DNA of 64,000 nt from Oikopleura dioica (Eukaryota; Animalia; Chordata), in the NCBI GenBank assembly GCA_907165135.1, contig OU015566.1, positions 3,596,001 through 3,660,000 of the forward strand, given 5' to 3'. Below the pieces are notes generated by a model. That model searched no databases, was not told where the DNA came from, and saw only the letters and a list, made by a program, of their open reading frames with translations. Each line of letters starts with the position of its first letter. Position 1 is the stretch's first letter. Shown in pieces: positions 34,081 through 46,240 of this stretch. The position numbers and the translations under genes are program-made.

Positions 34081-35155
34081 TCTCTTTTATGTCTCCCAAA
34101 TCACTTAAAATTTCCCGTTTTCAATTTTTTCCTAGAAGCAGTTTTGAGTTAAACTCTTCGCTCTCTGAAGCTAAAAGAGAGAACTTTATATCTCAGTCTC
34201 GTTCATGGATGAATGCGCCGTAAATATATCCATTAGTGGTTGCAAAGCATAACGTCTTCGTCACAGCGGATTCAGACCAGAGCATTTTCATAAATGAGGA
34301 AATTAGGCCCATTGACAATGAAAGCCGCAAAGAACTTTCTAGTCTCTCAAGGGAGAGGGTCTTAATTTACCGGCAGAAAAGTACCAGGGCATGAACTCTA
34401 AGATTATTCTAGAAAAAGATCAGATTCTCTCCTTCAAAAACCGTCTCTAAAGATCGGCGACCTGTGTTAAACCCTGACTCAGGTTTTGACACAGGTTATC
34501 ATGGATCTGAAGGCTTCCCGATAAAGAAATTTGGTTACTTACCTCTTTATATATATTTCTATCTTTGGATTTCTTCGAAAAGAGCAAAAACGAGTGACAA
34601 CTCAAGAGTGCTGCTGAGTGTTTTCTTTTCGGCGACGGGAGCAGCTCTGGCAAAGAATGAGCAGCAAGCATCACAGGCATTGTTCCGCCAAGTTTAATGA
34701 AAACGAGCCTCTACTCATGCCATCTTTTTTATTTTGTCTATTCAGCAAATTTTCTTTATAAATAATCGAGTTTACATAATCATTTTTAAGAATAAGCGCT
34801 TTTCTAAGAATTGGAATCTAATTTATTTGATAAAATTAAAGATATAGAAAATGATTATAAAGTTAGTTGTCAAAGAAAACGGATTCATTATAGGAAATCA
34901 GAGACTGATTTTCACGATTTTCATTTGTTACTGATAGACCGGCGCTGTTCTTCAAGTCAGCATGATTTCCCTTCAAAAGGGAAAGCTAATAGACGCGGAC
35001 GTCATTGATTCGTGGAAAAAAAATTGGCCAAGCGACGTCTCTATGTATTTTGACTGGTTTTTGGCATAGAAACGGACTTTTTTAACGCTTAGTTTTCTTT
35101 CTTTTACATTACATTATTTTAAAAAAAGAAATATTGGTATTTTAAGAGCAGAATT

Positions 35156-35643
35156 ATGAGATTTTCTTCTTCGAATCCCCGTGAGAGACTAAACACAGGT
35201 AATTTTAAAAAATATAAATTCACAGAAAAACCTCTTTTCAGCGAGAATTATGCAGCGAAATGTCATCAATACAACCTACTCGTCGAGAATCGCTCAAAAT
35301 CCAACAGATCGGCCGAAAGTCAACGATTCTGACATCGAATATTCTCAAGACTTAAAAGTCCATCACTTGAAAGAATACCTCAGAGATTATGGAAGGACGG
35401 CGCAGGATCAAGCGAACAACATGAAAGTCATCGGAAAACTTATCAAGCAGGACAAATTCTATGAAGAGTCGGAGCAGAAAAAAACGCAAAAATACATCAT
35501 TCAGGTAAAAATTAAAGAATTGATTCGGTTAAGAATTTTATAAATAGAACATGTTTGATGGGACAAGGTACTCAGCTGCTCTTCTCAAAAATCTGACGGG
35601 GATCAAAATGGAAGTTGTGGATTCTGATGCCCGCCTTTTTTAA
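35156..35643 (+). CDS. Hypothetical protein of about 133 aa, tandem paralog A
   Basis: 3 exons with GT-AG introns: MRFSSSNPRERLNT|ARIMQRNV...KYIIQ|NMFDGTRYSAALLKNL...LF*. Confidence 0.6.
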
Positions 35644-36421
35644 AAATGGTCTTGAAACGGAAAACAGAAGTAAAAACATTTCGTTTTTGAAACAAGACCA
35701 AGAATCTGACCGTGGTTTGTTAAAATATATCGTTTTTCCACTCGATGACTGCAACTTACAGTATTTACTTGTATTTGTTTCTGTGTCTTTACAAGTTAAT
35801 TAATGAAAAAAATAAAATTACTGTTTTCCATGAAATATAAAAATTCGGGGGTACTGAATAGCGCCGCCTTGCGCCGCCTTGCGCCGCCTTGCGCCGCCCG
35901 GTAAGGTACAAACCGGGTCTCGTCTGACCAAATCCTGACCAAACTAAGTGATCGGAACAAGAGCGAGAGTTGGGCCCCGCCAACCACATGAGTTCTCTAC
36001 CAGATAATGCGCGCGTAAGGACCTCTGGCCCGTCGCGTGCTTAATAAATTGATGATTTTATGCCAAAATCTGGAGATAATTTAGACTCCCACTACTAACA
36101 CCCTAAATTATGAGTTTTCATTTTTCTGGTGGTCATATACGAGAATAAACATTTTGATTCGATAACAAAAAAATCATCATTAAAATGCCAAAAATCTTCG
36201 AGATGAGCAATATCAAGCGGAACTGGGCGGCGCAAAGCGGCGCTATTAACTGAACTCCCAAAAATTCAGTTATTTTTTATTGAGGTTTTCGTGTTTTCGG
36301 CAACACTAATAAAATACTTTCTCAAGTCGTTATAATCTACCGGGCCAACTAAGAGTCGTATAAACTTTCAAGATTCCGCTGATTTCATTAGTGTTTGTTA
36401 CAAACTGAGAATATCTTCATT

Positions 36422-37400
36422 ATGCTACCTTTTTCAAGTTCGAATCCCCGTGAGAGACTCAAAACAGGTTTGAAAAGAAACCCCTAATATGACAGAAAAT
36501 AATTTTTCAGCGAGAATCATGCAGCTAAACATTATCAATACAACTCATTCCTCGAGAATCGCCCAAAACCCAACGGATCCAGAGTTGCAAATTTTGATTA
36601 ATTTTTCTGAGCTGAGCTGAGCTGAGCTGAGCTGGCCTATTTTGGAGGTTTCTGAGCTGAGCTGGCCTTTTTCAGAGGTCATTGAGCGGAACTTAGCTGA
36701 GCAGACCTTATGTCTAAAAGAGTTGAGCTGAGCTGAGCTGAGCGGACTCTAATGAGAGCTTAGCTGAGCTGAGCTGATTGAGCTGAGCTGTTTTTTACTG
36801 TTTTTCGTAGTAAAATTGTATTCAAATCATCGAGCTGAGCTGAGCTGAGCTAAGTGATAATTGTCTGAGCTGAGCTTAGCAGAACAGATCATGTTCGAAA
36901 ATAATTAAGCTGAGCTGAGCTGAGCTGAGCTGAGCTGAGCTGAGCTGAGTGAAAATTTTCTGAGCTGAGCTGAGTAGATCAAATAATTTTCCAAAATCAC
37001 TCAGCCAGCTCAGCTCACTCAGCTCAGCAAATTTGCAACTTTGAGCGGATCGGCCAAAAGTCAATGACTCCGACCTTTCAGTTTCTCAACAACCAAGAGT
37101 ACACCACTTTCAAGAATTCTTAAGAGACTACGGAGTCACAGTCGTGGATCAAGCAAACAACATGAAAGTTATCGGAAAACTCATTCAACAGGACTTGTTT
37201 TATGAAGATACAAATGACAAGAAAACGCAAAAATTCATCGTCCAGGTTTGAAAGTCCTCAATAAATTATTGACAATAATAATTATTCACAAGAGTTTTTT
37301 TCAGAATATGTTTGATGGAACAAGATACGCTGCTGCTCTTCTGAAGAATCTGACAGCGATCAAGATGCAAGAACTCGACTCAAATGCTTATCTTTTTTAA
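36422..37400 (+). pseudogene. Tandem paralog B, exon 2 interrupted by a MITE
   Basis: Same exon structure as paralog A, with conservative substitutions. A (GAGCT)n MITE is inserted between NPTD and RPKVND. Confidence 0.6.
36580..37043. mobile_element. hAT-type (GAGCT)n MITE, copy 3
   Basis: TIR CAGAGTTGCAAA / TTTGCAACTTTG. TSD AACGGATC/AGCGGATC (7/8). Confidence 0.85.
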
Positions 37401-37551
37401 AAATATATTTTGAAATAAATGGAAACGGAAAATTTTGATAATCACTGGAAACTTTCTAGAGCAGCGCTTTTGTTGTTCCTTCTTTTGTAGAATTTGCTCA
37501 GATCAGAAAACTGGGCTCCAAAGAGATTTTCAACTTCAGAAAAGACAAAAG

Positions 37552-38126
37552 ATGAAGCTTCTTACTTCAATCCTCGCATTTTTCGTCGCTTCAGCTTGCG
37601 CCTTAGCTGTCTCAGAGACCGGTAAGAACTCTAGTAGACCGATATTTGTTCAAAAATCAAATGATTTTGAGCTTTGATCTCTAGAAATTGCGCAAGAAAT
37701 AAATATAAGAACTTCTTATTAAGGAGCTGTTGAAGCAAAAACTCGAGCTCGACGAGACATTGACGACTACGACGACGACGATTATGATGCTGACGACGAC
37801 GAGGACTACGATGACATCTTCGACATGGATTTGATCGAAGACGATGAAGATGACTACGACGATTATGAAGACTACGACGATATCGACGACATCGACGACT
37901 ATGATGACGAAGAAGACGATGATGATGATGACTACGGTAAGATTTTCTTTGAAAAAACTCTTCATTCATGTCTTCAGATGACGATTACGAAGAAATGCTC
38001 GACGAGTTCTTCGACATCGACGACAAACGTAAGAACTCTCGCATCAAAAAATTGTTAAAAATGAATTTAGCCAACCTCGACGACGTTGAATTCGTCTTCG
38101 GAAAAGCCATCGAGAACGAGGACTAA
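37552..38126 (+). CDS. 129-aa secreted, extremely Asp/Tyr-rich protein with furin site
   Basis: Exons 37552-37621, 37724-37936, 37978-38028 and 38071-38126, all with phase-1 GT-AG introns. Signal peptide MKLLTSILAFFVASACA, then RARR followed by poly-Asp/DY. Confidence 0.85.
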
Positions 38127-38440
38127 TAAGTCGAAAGAAGAATAATATGATTTCACTGTCATTTACTGCCATTTATCCGAGTCTTCAAATATATATTCTC
38201 TCTATCACAAATCAGAAGCATCAATTTGACGAGTTAATTTTTATATTTCTTGACTTACTGATGTCCTAGTTTGTTTATTTTTCGGGCATTAACTTTGAAT
38301 TACAACAAAGAAAATAAACTGTATTGAAGAAAAAATGAAAGAAGTTGAGACAGCGTCATTTTTGAAGATTCAGAATAAAGCATCGAATTCGTCATTTCTT
38401 CGGTCAGCTGATTGATGAACAGGGTCAATGGGTTCATAAA

Positions 38441-39455
38441 TTACGTTTGATGTTTAACGATGAAGGCAATTGCGACGCCCATGCCAATTAGGCCAATCAC
38501 GATCGCCGTCAGAGTTATGTAGATCTACACACAAGTTAAGAAAAATGAAAATGATCACATGTTTCCCGACCTCTTTTTTGCATTGATTCACGAAAGGCGT
38601 CATCATATCATCCATGAACTCTCTCGTATCGTTTTTGGTTTTGGACTGGTTGTGGTGAGGAATTGGACCGGCGATTTTTGGGATCCCCATAAACTCGCAA
38701 AGTGGTCCCCAGCCTTGTTTGACGTTGTAGATGAGGAAGCGCTCGTCGGCTTCGGATTTGACGTATGCATTGTGGGCTTCGTATCGTGCTCTAAATTGGA
38801 TAAAAGAAAACCCTAACCCTAACCCTAACCCTAGTCATTTATCGACCAATCTCTTTGGAAACTTACATCATGATGTTCATAACAGACGGATTGTCCAAAT
38901 CCGCGTGCTGGACGTACATCTTCAGCGTTCCATGAATCATCAACATCATCGGATAAGTAAGACCCACCAGCGTAGAGTAGGCAGTCGGAGAAAGATAGTT
39001 GAAAAACCAGCCGTATTTGCAGGGCGCCCATTGATTCAAATTGTTGAAAAAGCTCTTTGCGCTCCTCCACCAAATTTCAGTACTATCTCGCTCCGTCAAA
39101 ATCACTTTTGCCTTCGGCCAAATTCTGTGGAACTCTTTCCAGAAGAAGAAGCCGGGAGAGTCGACAATGACATCGACGTTTTGGTTCTCGTACTCGTCTG
39201 CTACATCTTCAATGGTGATTTTTCCCGCGAGGAAGTCGATCCAAGTCGTTCTCATGTACAGATGAATTTCTAGGGAGAAAGTTGAGGGGGAAAAGGGAGG
39301 GGAGTTACCGGGAGCATCGTAGACCCGAAGACCGAGGGAGCGGAAAGCGGCAGAGAGTGATTTTGTTCCTGTCTTGTGATAGCCAGCGACAATGTACTGA
39401 AAATTGCGTTGAATAAGGGGGACACCCTTAATTGGGGGGAACTTACTTTGACCAT
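38441..39455 (-). CDS. Sulfotransferase (Sulfotransfer_4-like) with C-terminal TM anchor
   Basis: IVAGYHKTGTKSL P-loop-like motif, DSPGFFFW, PKAKVILTERD and GWGPLCEFMG. Terminal hydrophobic IYITLTAIVIGLIGMGVAIAFIV. Confidence 0.8.
38809..38832 (+). repeat. Interstitial (AACCCT)4 telomere-type repeat in an intron
   Basis: Four perfect units. Degenerate copies at 23253-23270 and about 55140-55240. Confidence 0.8.
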
Positions 39456-40720
39456 ATCTTGATTAGCGCCTTTTTTGATCAAAAAATTCTTGTTTTTCTT
39501 TTTTTTCTTCCTTTTTTCTCTCTTTTTCTCTGTCGATTTTTTAAGTAATGAATAGTATTTGACCTTCCTCTGGAATTTTTAAGGTAAAAGGTTATTCACG
39601 ATTCTTGAGAGTCGTGCTGAATAATGAGCGCGAGGAATCGACGTCAACAATCTTCTAATTTGGCGCTAGTCGCTAGTAACTCGTCGTAAATAAAAATCGG
39701 CCGCGCTTTTTACGCATCGTCCAAACTTATCCCCTCCGACTAGAATCACAATACAACCCATCTAATCACATGATCCCTCGACGAGAAAAGTTTTGTCTCG
39801 AAACGGTCTCATGGCTTTTTCGATATTTTTCTTCATTTATGCCAGTTTTTCATTGAAGCTTTATTTTCATAATTACATAAAAAAGCCCTTTTTGAAGACT
39901 TATAAATTCGTAAAAATGAAGATATAGAAGAGAAATTTTCATATATTTATTTATTTTTGTAAATTTGCTTTGTCGTGGGAAAAATGGAAAATAGATCATC
40001 TAAATTGCTCATTCTCCGATTTTTTATTACGGCTCATGTCCAGATTTTACGTTCTGACGCACAACGTAAATCTTCATTTATGGCGATTTGTCATTCTTCA
40101 GATAATAATGAATAATGCTCTGAAAATTTTATTTATTCTTTTATGACAAATTGCATTAAAAAGGTAGGAAAGGTAGGATAATGATGAAATGACGACTGAA
40201 AGTTCCGTATCTTGGCAGCTCAAAATGTCGCTATGGAAATTTCAAATAACAAATGATTTTTCGGGAATTGTGAATTTGTAGGAATGTTTCCGGAAGCAGA
40301 CTCGCGCTTGGCTGATTTTTATAAGATTCAATATCGACACATGATAAAAACGAAAATGTCTAGGTTTTGGGGCTCTAAAAAGATCATTTATTACCCCAAA
40401 TAATCGTCTCTCCCGTATTGAACGATGAAAAACAGTATTTAATTCGACGTAAATGAGGCTAGTTACAATGAACTCTATTTACAAATGTTTAGCCCACAGG
40501 TACCGATTTTCTTAGCTTTGCGGTTCACGAGCGCATGCTTGCTAGTCATCCATACAAAGTGGACTTATCCGGCTTGAGAAAGTTCCCTTCGTGATTTGCA
40601 ATTCCTTCCAAATTTTCTTTTTAGAAAGTTTTTTATTTTTCAAAAAATTTGTTTCAGAAAAAAACTTTTCAGTGAACAAAAAATTTTGTCAGGAAATAAA
40701 TAAAAAATAAAATATTAAAT

Positions 40721-42900
40721 TCAAGTGCAAACGAAATGAAGGCCAGGTGTTTTGATTGTTTCGAGGTGAACCTCATCTTCCGAGTCAAAGACGAGCTTGA
40801 AGGAATCTTCCTCTGAATTGCCAAATATCATGATGTCGCCATTTAATTCTCTCATTGGTTTTCAAAGTATTCAAATTTCGGGCAGAACCGAAAAATGGAA
40901 GTGATTTTCCAGATCAGGGTTTTGATTGGCTGATTGTCCAAATACAGCGATCTTATTGGTTATCCAAAAATGCACTTCCATTTGGGATGGTGTCTGGAAC
41001 CGACAAAAAAATTTTGACAAATTTTGCGTGGGGGCTACTCGGCTGCTGATTGGCCGGTTTGCCGAATACAGGCTTCTGATTGGTTGAAACTTTGTCGAAA
41101 TTTTTTGTCGGTTCTAGAAACCTCCCCTTCCATTTTTTGGTTTAGTCCGAAATTTCTTTGTTTTTTTTAATATATTTTTTCGAAACCCGTTTCAAAGGCA
41201 TTAATATCCTTGTAAAAAGGAAAAAATAGATTTCCCCCATTTCTGAAGTTCGTTTCAACATTCGCCACACGGATAAACCGTCCAGATAAATGTCTGTACA
41301 AAATGATGAAGTATTCAGCTTTTGTGAAAAGTAAATTATCGACGAATCCAAACATCGAAGAAGGCGCAAAAGGAAGATTTTTGAACTCTCGCCGGCGAAA
41401 TGTTGCGACGAAAAGGACTCCCTTTCTGTCTGGAAGAGGATAAAAGTCTTGAATTTTCGTATCATAAGGGACTTCAATCAGTGGGCTATTTGCATACAAC
41501 CCTCCAAAAGAGTCGTTTTTAAAGTCTTTATTCCAGCGCGGATCTTCGTAATGAATCATGCTCCAATCTTCATTTTTATTGTTCATTGTTTGAATTCTGA
41601 TATTATGCGCCATAAGAGAATTCACACCGACAATATGCAATTTGCCATCAGCCACAAATGAGTGTCGACGATTTATTGCCGTCACATCAGTTTTTATTCT
41701 CCCACGAGCTTCTAAGATTTCCTTCTTGCCTTTTTTCTCTGGGTCGAAATAAAAGCAATAACCCCAGTATTTCACTTGAATTTGGTTGAAAATAAAAAGA
41801 TTCACCTAAAAACTCAAGGATTTTCAACCCTTCTGTAGAGCAAAGATAAAACCTCTCCTCAAAAACCGCGGCAACACTAAAATATCCGTTGAACAACAAA
41901 TAATTTGTCTTTCCATAACGAGATTCTAGCAATTTCGCATCGACGCCAATATCCGTTACTTCGTTGCTCTCATCGTCCAGAACATAAGTCGTGAATTCCG
42001 GGGATACAAGATAGTGCCTCCCCTTAAAATAAAGCGGTGCCATCGGTTTTCCATTGTAATATTTGATGAAATCTGAACGGAAGCTTTTCAAAGCTTCTGG
42101 CAGCAGTTCTTTGTTCATATATTGAATCTTCAAGAAGACTATTCTGTTGTAAACAGTTTGAACTTCGAGGCTTGTCGAATTTATAGATGCAATTCTTGAA
42201 AAAGTTTTTCTTGCTTTCGGCGCGGGAAAATCAGAACTCGCGGTAAGAAAATTCATCGACGGATCACTGTATTCTCCCTCTGTTTCGAACAAGAAATTTC
42301 CTTCTTCAAAGAACCAGGCAAGTGGGGATTTCTTAGTGTCGACATTCTCGCAGTGATAAAAAGGACATGGGCATCCGAACGGACATTGTTTTTGAAAAGG
42401 ACAGATGTCGTCGAGTTCTCCTTCGTCGCTCAAATGCGATTCGCAAATTTTTCGACACAAAAGATGATCCTCTTCGTGAATTTTTGGGCAAAGTCCCTTG
42501 CAGATTTCACGATCTAAAAGACATCAAGAAAGCTCTCTTTCTGAATTTTTACCGAAGAAATTCAGCCTTTTGCAGCGTTTCAAATTAATTTCTTGCTCTT
42601 TTCTCGTAAAAAATTGTTCCTTTCGAGGCTTTTTCTGTTCTTCAACAACATTGATAATTTTCTTTGGAAAATAAAATTTTCCCTCTTCGCGCAAACAAGT
42701 CGAGAAACTCTTGTAACAATCTTCGTAAGGAAAGTCTCGTAGACAGAGCTTAAAATTCCGACCGCAGTTAAGCGTCTTGAAAGTGTATTTTGGAGCAAGA
42801 TCTTTGAGCCCTTCGTAATTGGCGATCAGAACTATTGTCATCCAAAAAGTAAAACCAATGGAGAGGTAGCCATACTTTTGTTTTGTTGTTCCGAAACCAC
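40721..42900 (-). CDS. Multi-exon protein with Cys-rich CPxxxxCPxGCPC motif and probable beta-rich C-terminal region
   Basis: CYKSFSTCLREE and ICPFQKQCPFGCPCPFYHCE in linked ORFs 42524-42841, 41687-42460 and 41167-41805. Last exon ...PGLHFVCT*. 5' end uncertain. Confidence 0.55.
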
Positions 42901-43427
42901 TGAAAAATTTCCAAAGCAGTTTTATTTTTAAATGTCCTACTGTTTTTTCAATCCAAAAAAATTATTTTTTTTCGGGCGCTAGAATTCTCGAGCTCCGTGG
43001 CACAAGAAAAACTTTTCCATCAACAATTCTCAGCAGCCCGATACAATTGCAGTCCATGCACTAAAATCAAAATTAATTCGACCCTCTTTTCTAGTGTTTT
43101 TCACTTTTACGCTCGAGTTTCTGACTTTCATTTTCCAAAAAAAAAACGATTTTGCAAAAAAACTCTAAATAGTCAAACGCCCTCATGAGTTCTTTTCGTA
43201 AGTTTTTTTTTTTGGCATTTTGGCATTTCCGTTTTTGAAAGATTGATATTTCAGAGGGTGAAAGAAGGTCGTTATTCTTAGAAAATATTTTCCCATCTGA
43301 AGTGAAATTCTTTATTTAAAAGATCTTATTAATAGGCTAAATTTTAAAAAATACTTTTTCTTTTGTTCATAATCATTTATATTAAACCAATTTGATAGAA
43401 CATTAGTAAGCATGACGAGAAAAAAAG

Positions 43428-46240
43428 CTTATCAGTAGACACAAAAAAAGAAGAATCTTGAAAGCTCGGAGGGCGCTCCTGAGTCGTGCGCCGCGGCCTT
43501 CTGAGACGAGGACACGGTTGGAATCTCCGCCTCCGCTACGCTCTTCAACCTCGAGAAGGAACTTGCTCTTGATTGTAACTAAAAAATTACTTTTTATTGT
43601 ACTTTTTTAATAGAAGAAAGAAGGGAAATAAAGAGATTTTTCGGAGAAAAAGAAAAAAGAATTATTCTTTGTACGTGAGTTTCAATAATCAAATGTTATG
43701 ATTCATAAATAGTTCTTAGGAATTTTTATCATTTTAAAAATATAGCTTCAAAATTGACTTTTAAAAAAACATAAAATTTTATTGTTTTTAATTATATTTT
43801 TTTATTTAAAAAATCAAAGTAAAAAATATTATGGCTTCTTATTATTATTGTGATTCTTATCAGTGGATCTTATCAGTAAATCTTATCAGTAATTAATAAC
43901 TAGCGATCGGTTAGTATTGTCTGGCAGACATTTTGTTATTGGAAAAAAATGACCAAATATTCTATTTTGAAATGGTCTATTTTCACGAAAGCGCCAGTAA
44001 AGTCTACTAGAAGCCCAATTTTTTCGACGAATAAGAGCTCATCTTTTTCACTCTTCTTCTATAAATATTTTAAGGTGTCAATTTTTGAGTTTAAAAATAT
44101 TATGATTATTGACGAAAACGTTAACCCCGTTCTACGTGGAGGGACCTTGTTGACACCCGGCATTCTATTGATGGCTAATTAGAGGTGTCTCTTCCGGAAA
44201 TAGCGTGAAGTGATGTTTTGGTTCAAAACGAACAAAAATACTTTTTCTGAAAAAAATGAAAAGAGCAAAAAACATAATTCGATCTTGTTTGATATTTGAT
44301 CAAACGATTGTCCTCGCTATATTTAGCGTTAAAATTGACTTGCTCGAAGAATGAAGCAATCGCTTCGGGGAAATATGTGTTCTGTTATGATTTGAGTACA
44401 AGAATAAGGAGCTACGGGTTGTATTCAAAACACTGTTTTTTCTCTTCGTTTGAAACTTCAAATTTTCCTCTTGAAATCTAGGTTTTATATCTAAGTTATT
44501 ATTTATACTTATTTGCTTTCGATATATATAATTATTATTATAATATAATATTTAATAAAGAATAATTAAATGACAAACATAATATATAATAATGATATAT
44601 ACGTTATATTTATATAAAAATTTGATAAATTCCGAGTATGACTTTGATACAACAAAATAATCAGATATTGGCTAACTCAAAAAATCTAGAAACCAAAAAA
44701 ATTTTCTTAATCATATGGTGCTCATTGATCAATTTTCTAAAGACGAAAGCTCGTGCGTTTTTGAGATTGAATGTAAATTTGTCATCTCCTTATCTTCTTC
44801 TTTAATTGAATATTTTTCGTGGCAAAGATTAATTTCGAACATCTCAATTTACAACGAGGCCAGCCCAAAAAAATGTCAGCGATTACGTTCGTTCAGGCTT
44901 GATTTAACTCGTTTCGGGCAGGTGGCGATAAACCGGACGGTTTCGTCTTCCACCGCAGTAAAAGGTCCGTTCAAACCCAGCTTCATCAGAAAACGGCCGA
45001 GGTGATTCAATTTCGGAACGAGACATTTGCTCAAAAGATTCATAGCTCCCGATAATTCGGTAAACTTTCAGCGAGATTTTTCTTGAAACTCAGAGCAAAA
45101 TACAAAAGTGCCTAAATCCGGGATCGCATCCTTTTATAATCTCCGAAGTTTGAGATACTCCAAGATGGCAATCTCTCTTTCGAGTTCAGTGAAAATTTCG
45201 ATAAGAGCGCAGAAGCCACTCATTTGGCAGGCAGTGATAAGGAGCGACACCGCTAGAAAAATTACGAAACGGAATTTTCGAAAGTTTTAGAAGAGGAATG
45301 CGGAATTTGATCGATTAGCCGATTGAACCTGACGTGGTTTTTTTATCAAAGAATTTTTTTACCTGAAAAAAAGGGTCTTTATTTTACGGTTTTTTAATGA
45401 AAAAACAGGAATTAACTGAAGAAGAAGGTTCTTTTATAATTCTCATTGATTATTTTCGCGAACGTGGATTCGAATTTTAGTGCTTATTTTTACTTCGGAA
45501 GAATTTTTTCCGCCCCTGTCATCATAAATCCTCCTTTTCATTTCCCCATTCTTTCATCATAACAATTTCCGAAAGCCAACGTGAGGCCAAAAAATGATCA
45601 TTTTTCGTAACAAAAATTCAAAAATGAGACAAGCATCTATCTTCCAATTCCCCAACTCCCAAATTCCAAAATTTCATTTTCAGCGAAAATTTAAAAATTC
45701 GCGATTATACGCTTCCCGCGAAAATGTTCCCGCGCTTTGCTGTTTTAAAAATGGCAGTCTTGTCCAGATTTTTCTTGCTATTTCGAGGATTTTTTTTATT
45801 TTGAATTTATTTTTTTTTCTAAAAACTGGCGCTACAAATTGAATTTTTCAACTCTCTACTATTTAGAGCATTTCTTGGAGACTGAGGTTAATTTTTACAA
45901 GAAGGTTTTTTTCTCAAATTTAATTCGAAAATCATTTTTTTGAGAAATCTTATTTGGCAATTTTTTTCCAATAGTGGACAAATAGGCTATTTGAAAAAGC
46001 CCATTGAGAAATTGGAATTGTGTAATTTGGCGAAAGCGAATTGTCGCGAAATTCGATACACTTTGTTATTCAAGGGCTCAGGTCGGGCTTATCCAATTCC
46101 TGTTATTGCAATTGCTGAGCACCGGTACAACACAATCATCACGTTCCAGCTAATCAGCGAAAAGGGATGATCATTCCTGCTCAGCGCACTTTTGAGTGAC
46201 TAGGCGACAGATTTTCGAACCATCGCGATATTACCCGCTG
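43428..46240 (-). CDS. Possible multi-exon gene with hydrophobic segments (unresolved)
   Basis: Several acceptor-bounded open segments, e.g. WNVMIVLYRCSAIAITGI, VSLLITACQMSGFCALIEIF, FTELSGAMNLLSKCLVPKL and KSKFLLEVEERSGGG...Y*. Not assembled into one frame. Confidence 0.25.

Noticed and set aside
34560-34690. Nuclear-receptor-like Zn finger (CDACCSFFAR) on the minus strand
   Set aside because: In-frame stop just upstream, with no first CxxC pair or second finger.
36580-37051. MITE acting as a newly gained intron in paralog B
   Set aside because: An AG exists just after the element, but no convincing phase-1 donor lies at its 5' end.
45676-45690. Isolated ATTTTC-AGC-GAAAAT hairpin outside the LTR element
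   Set aside because: A single AT-rich occurrence compatible with chance. It shows the motif has some background rate.
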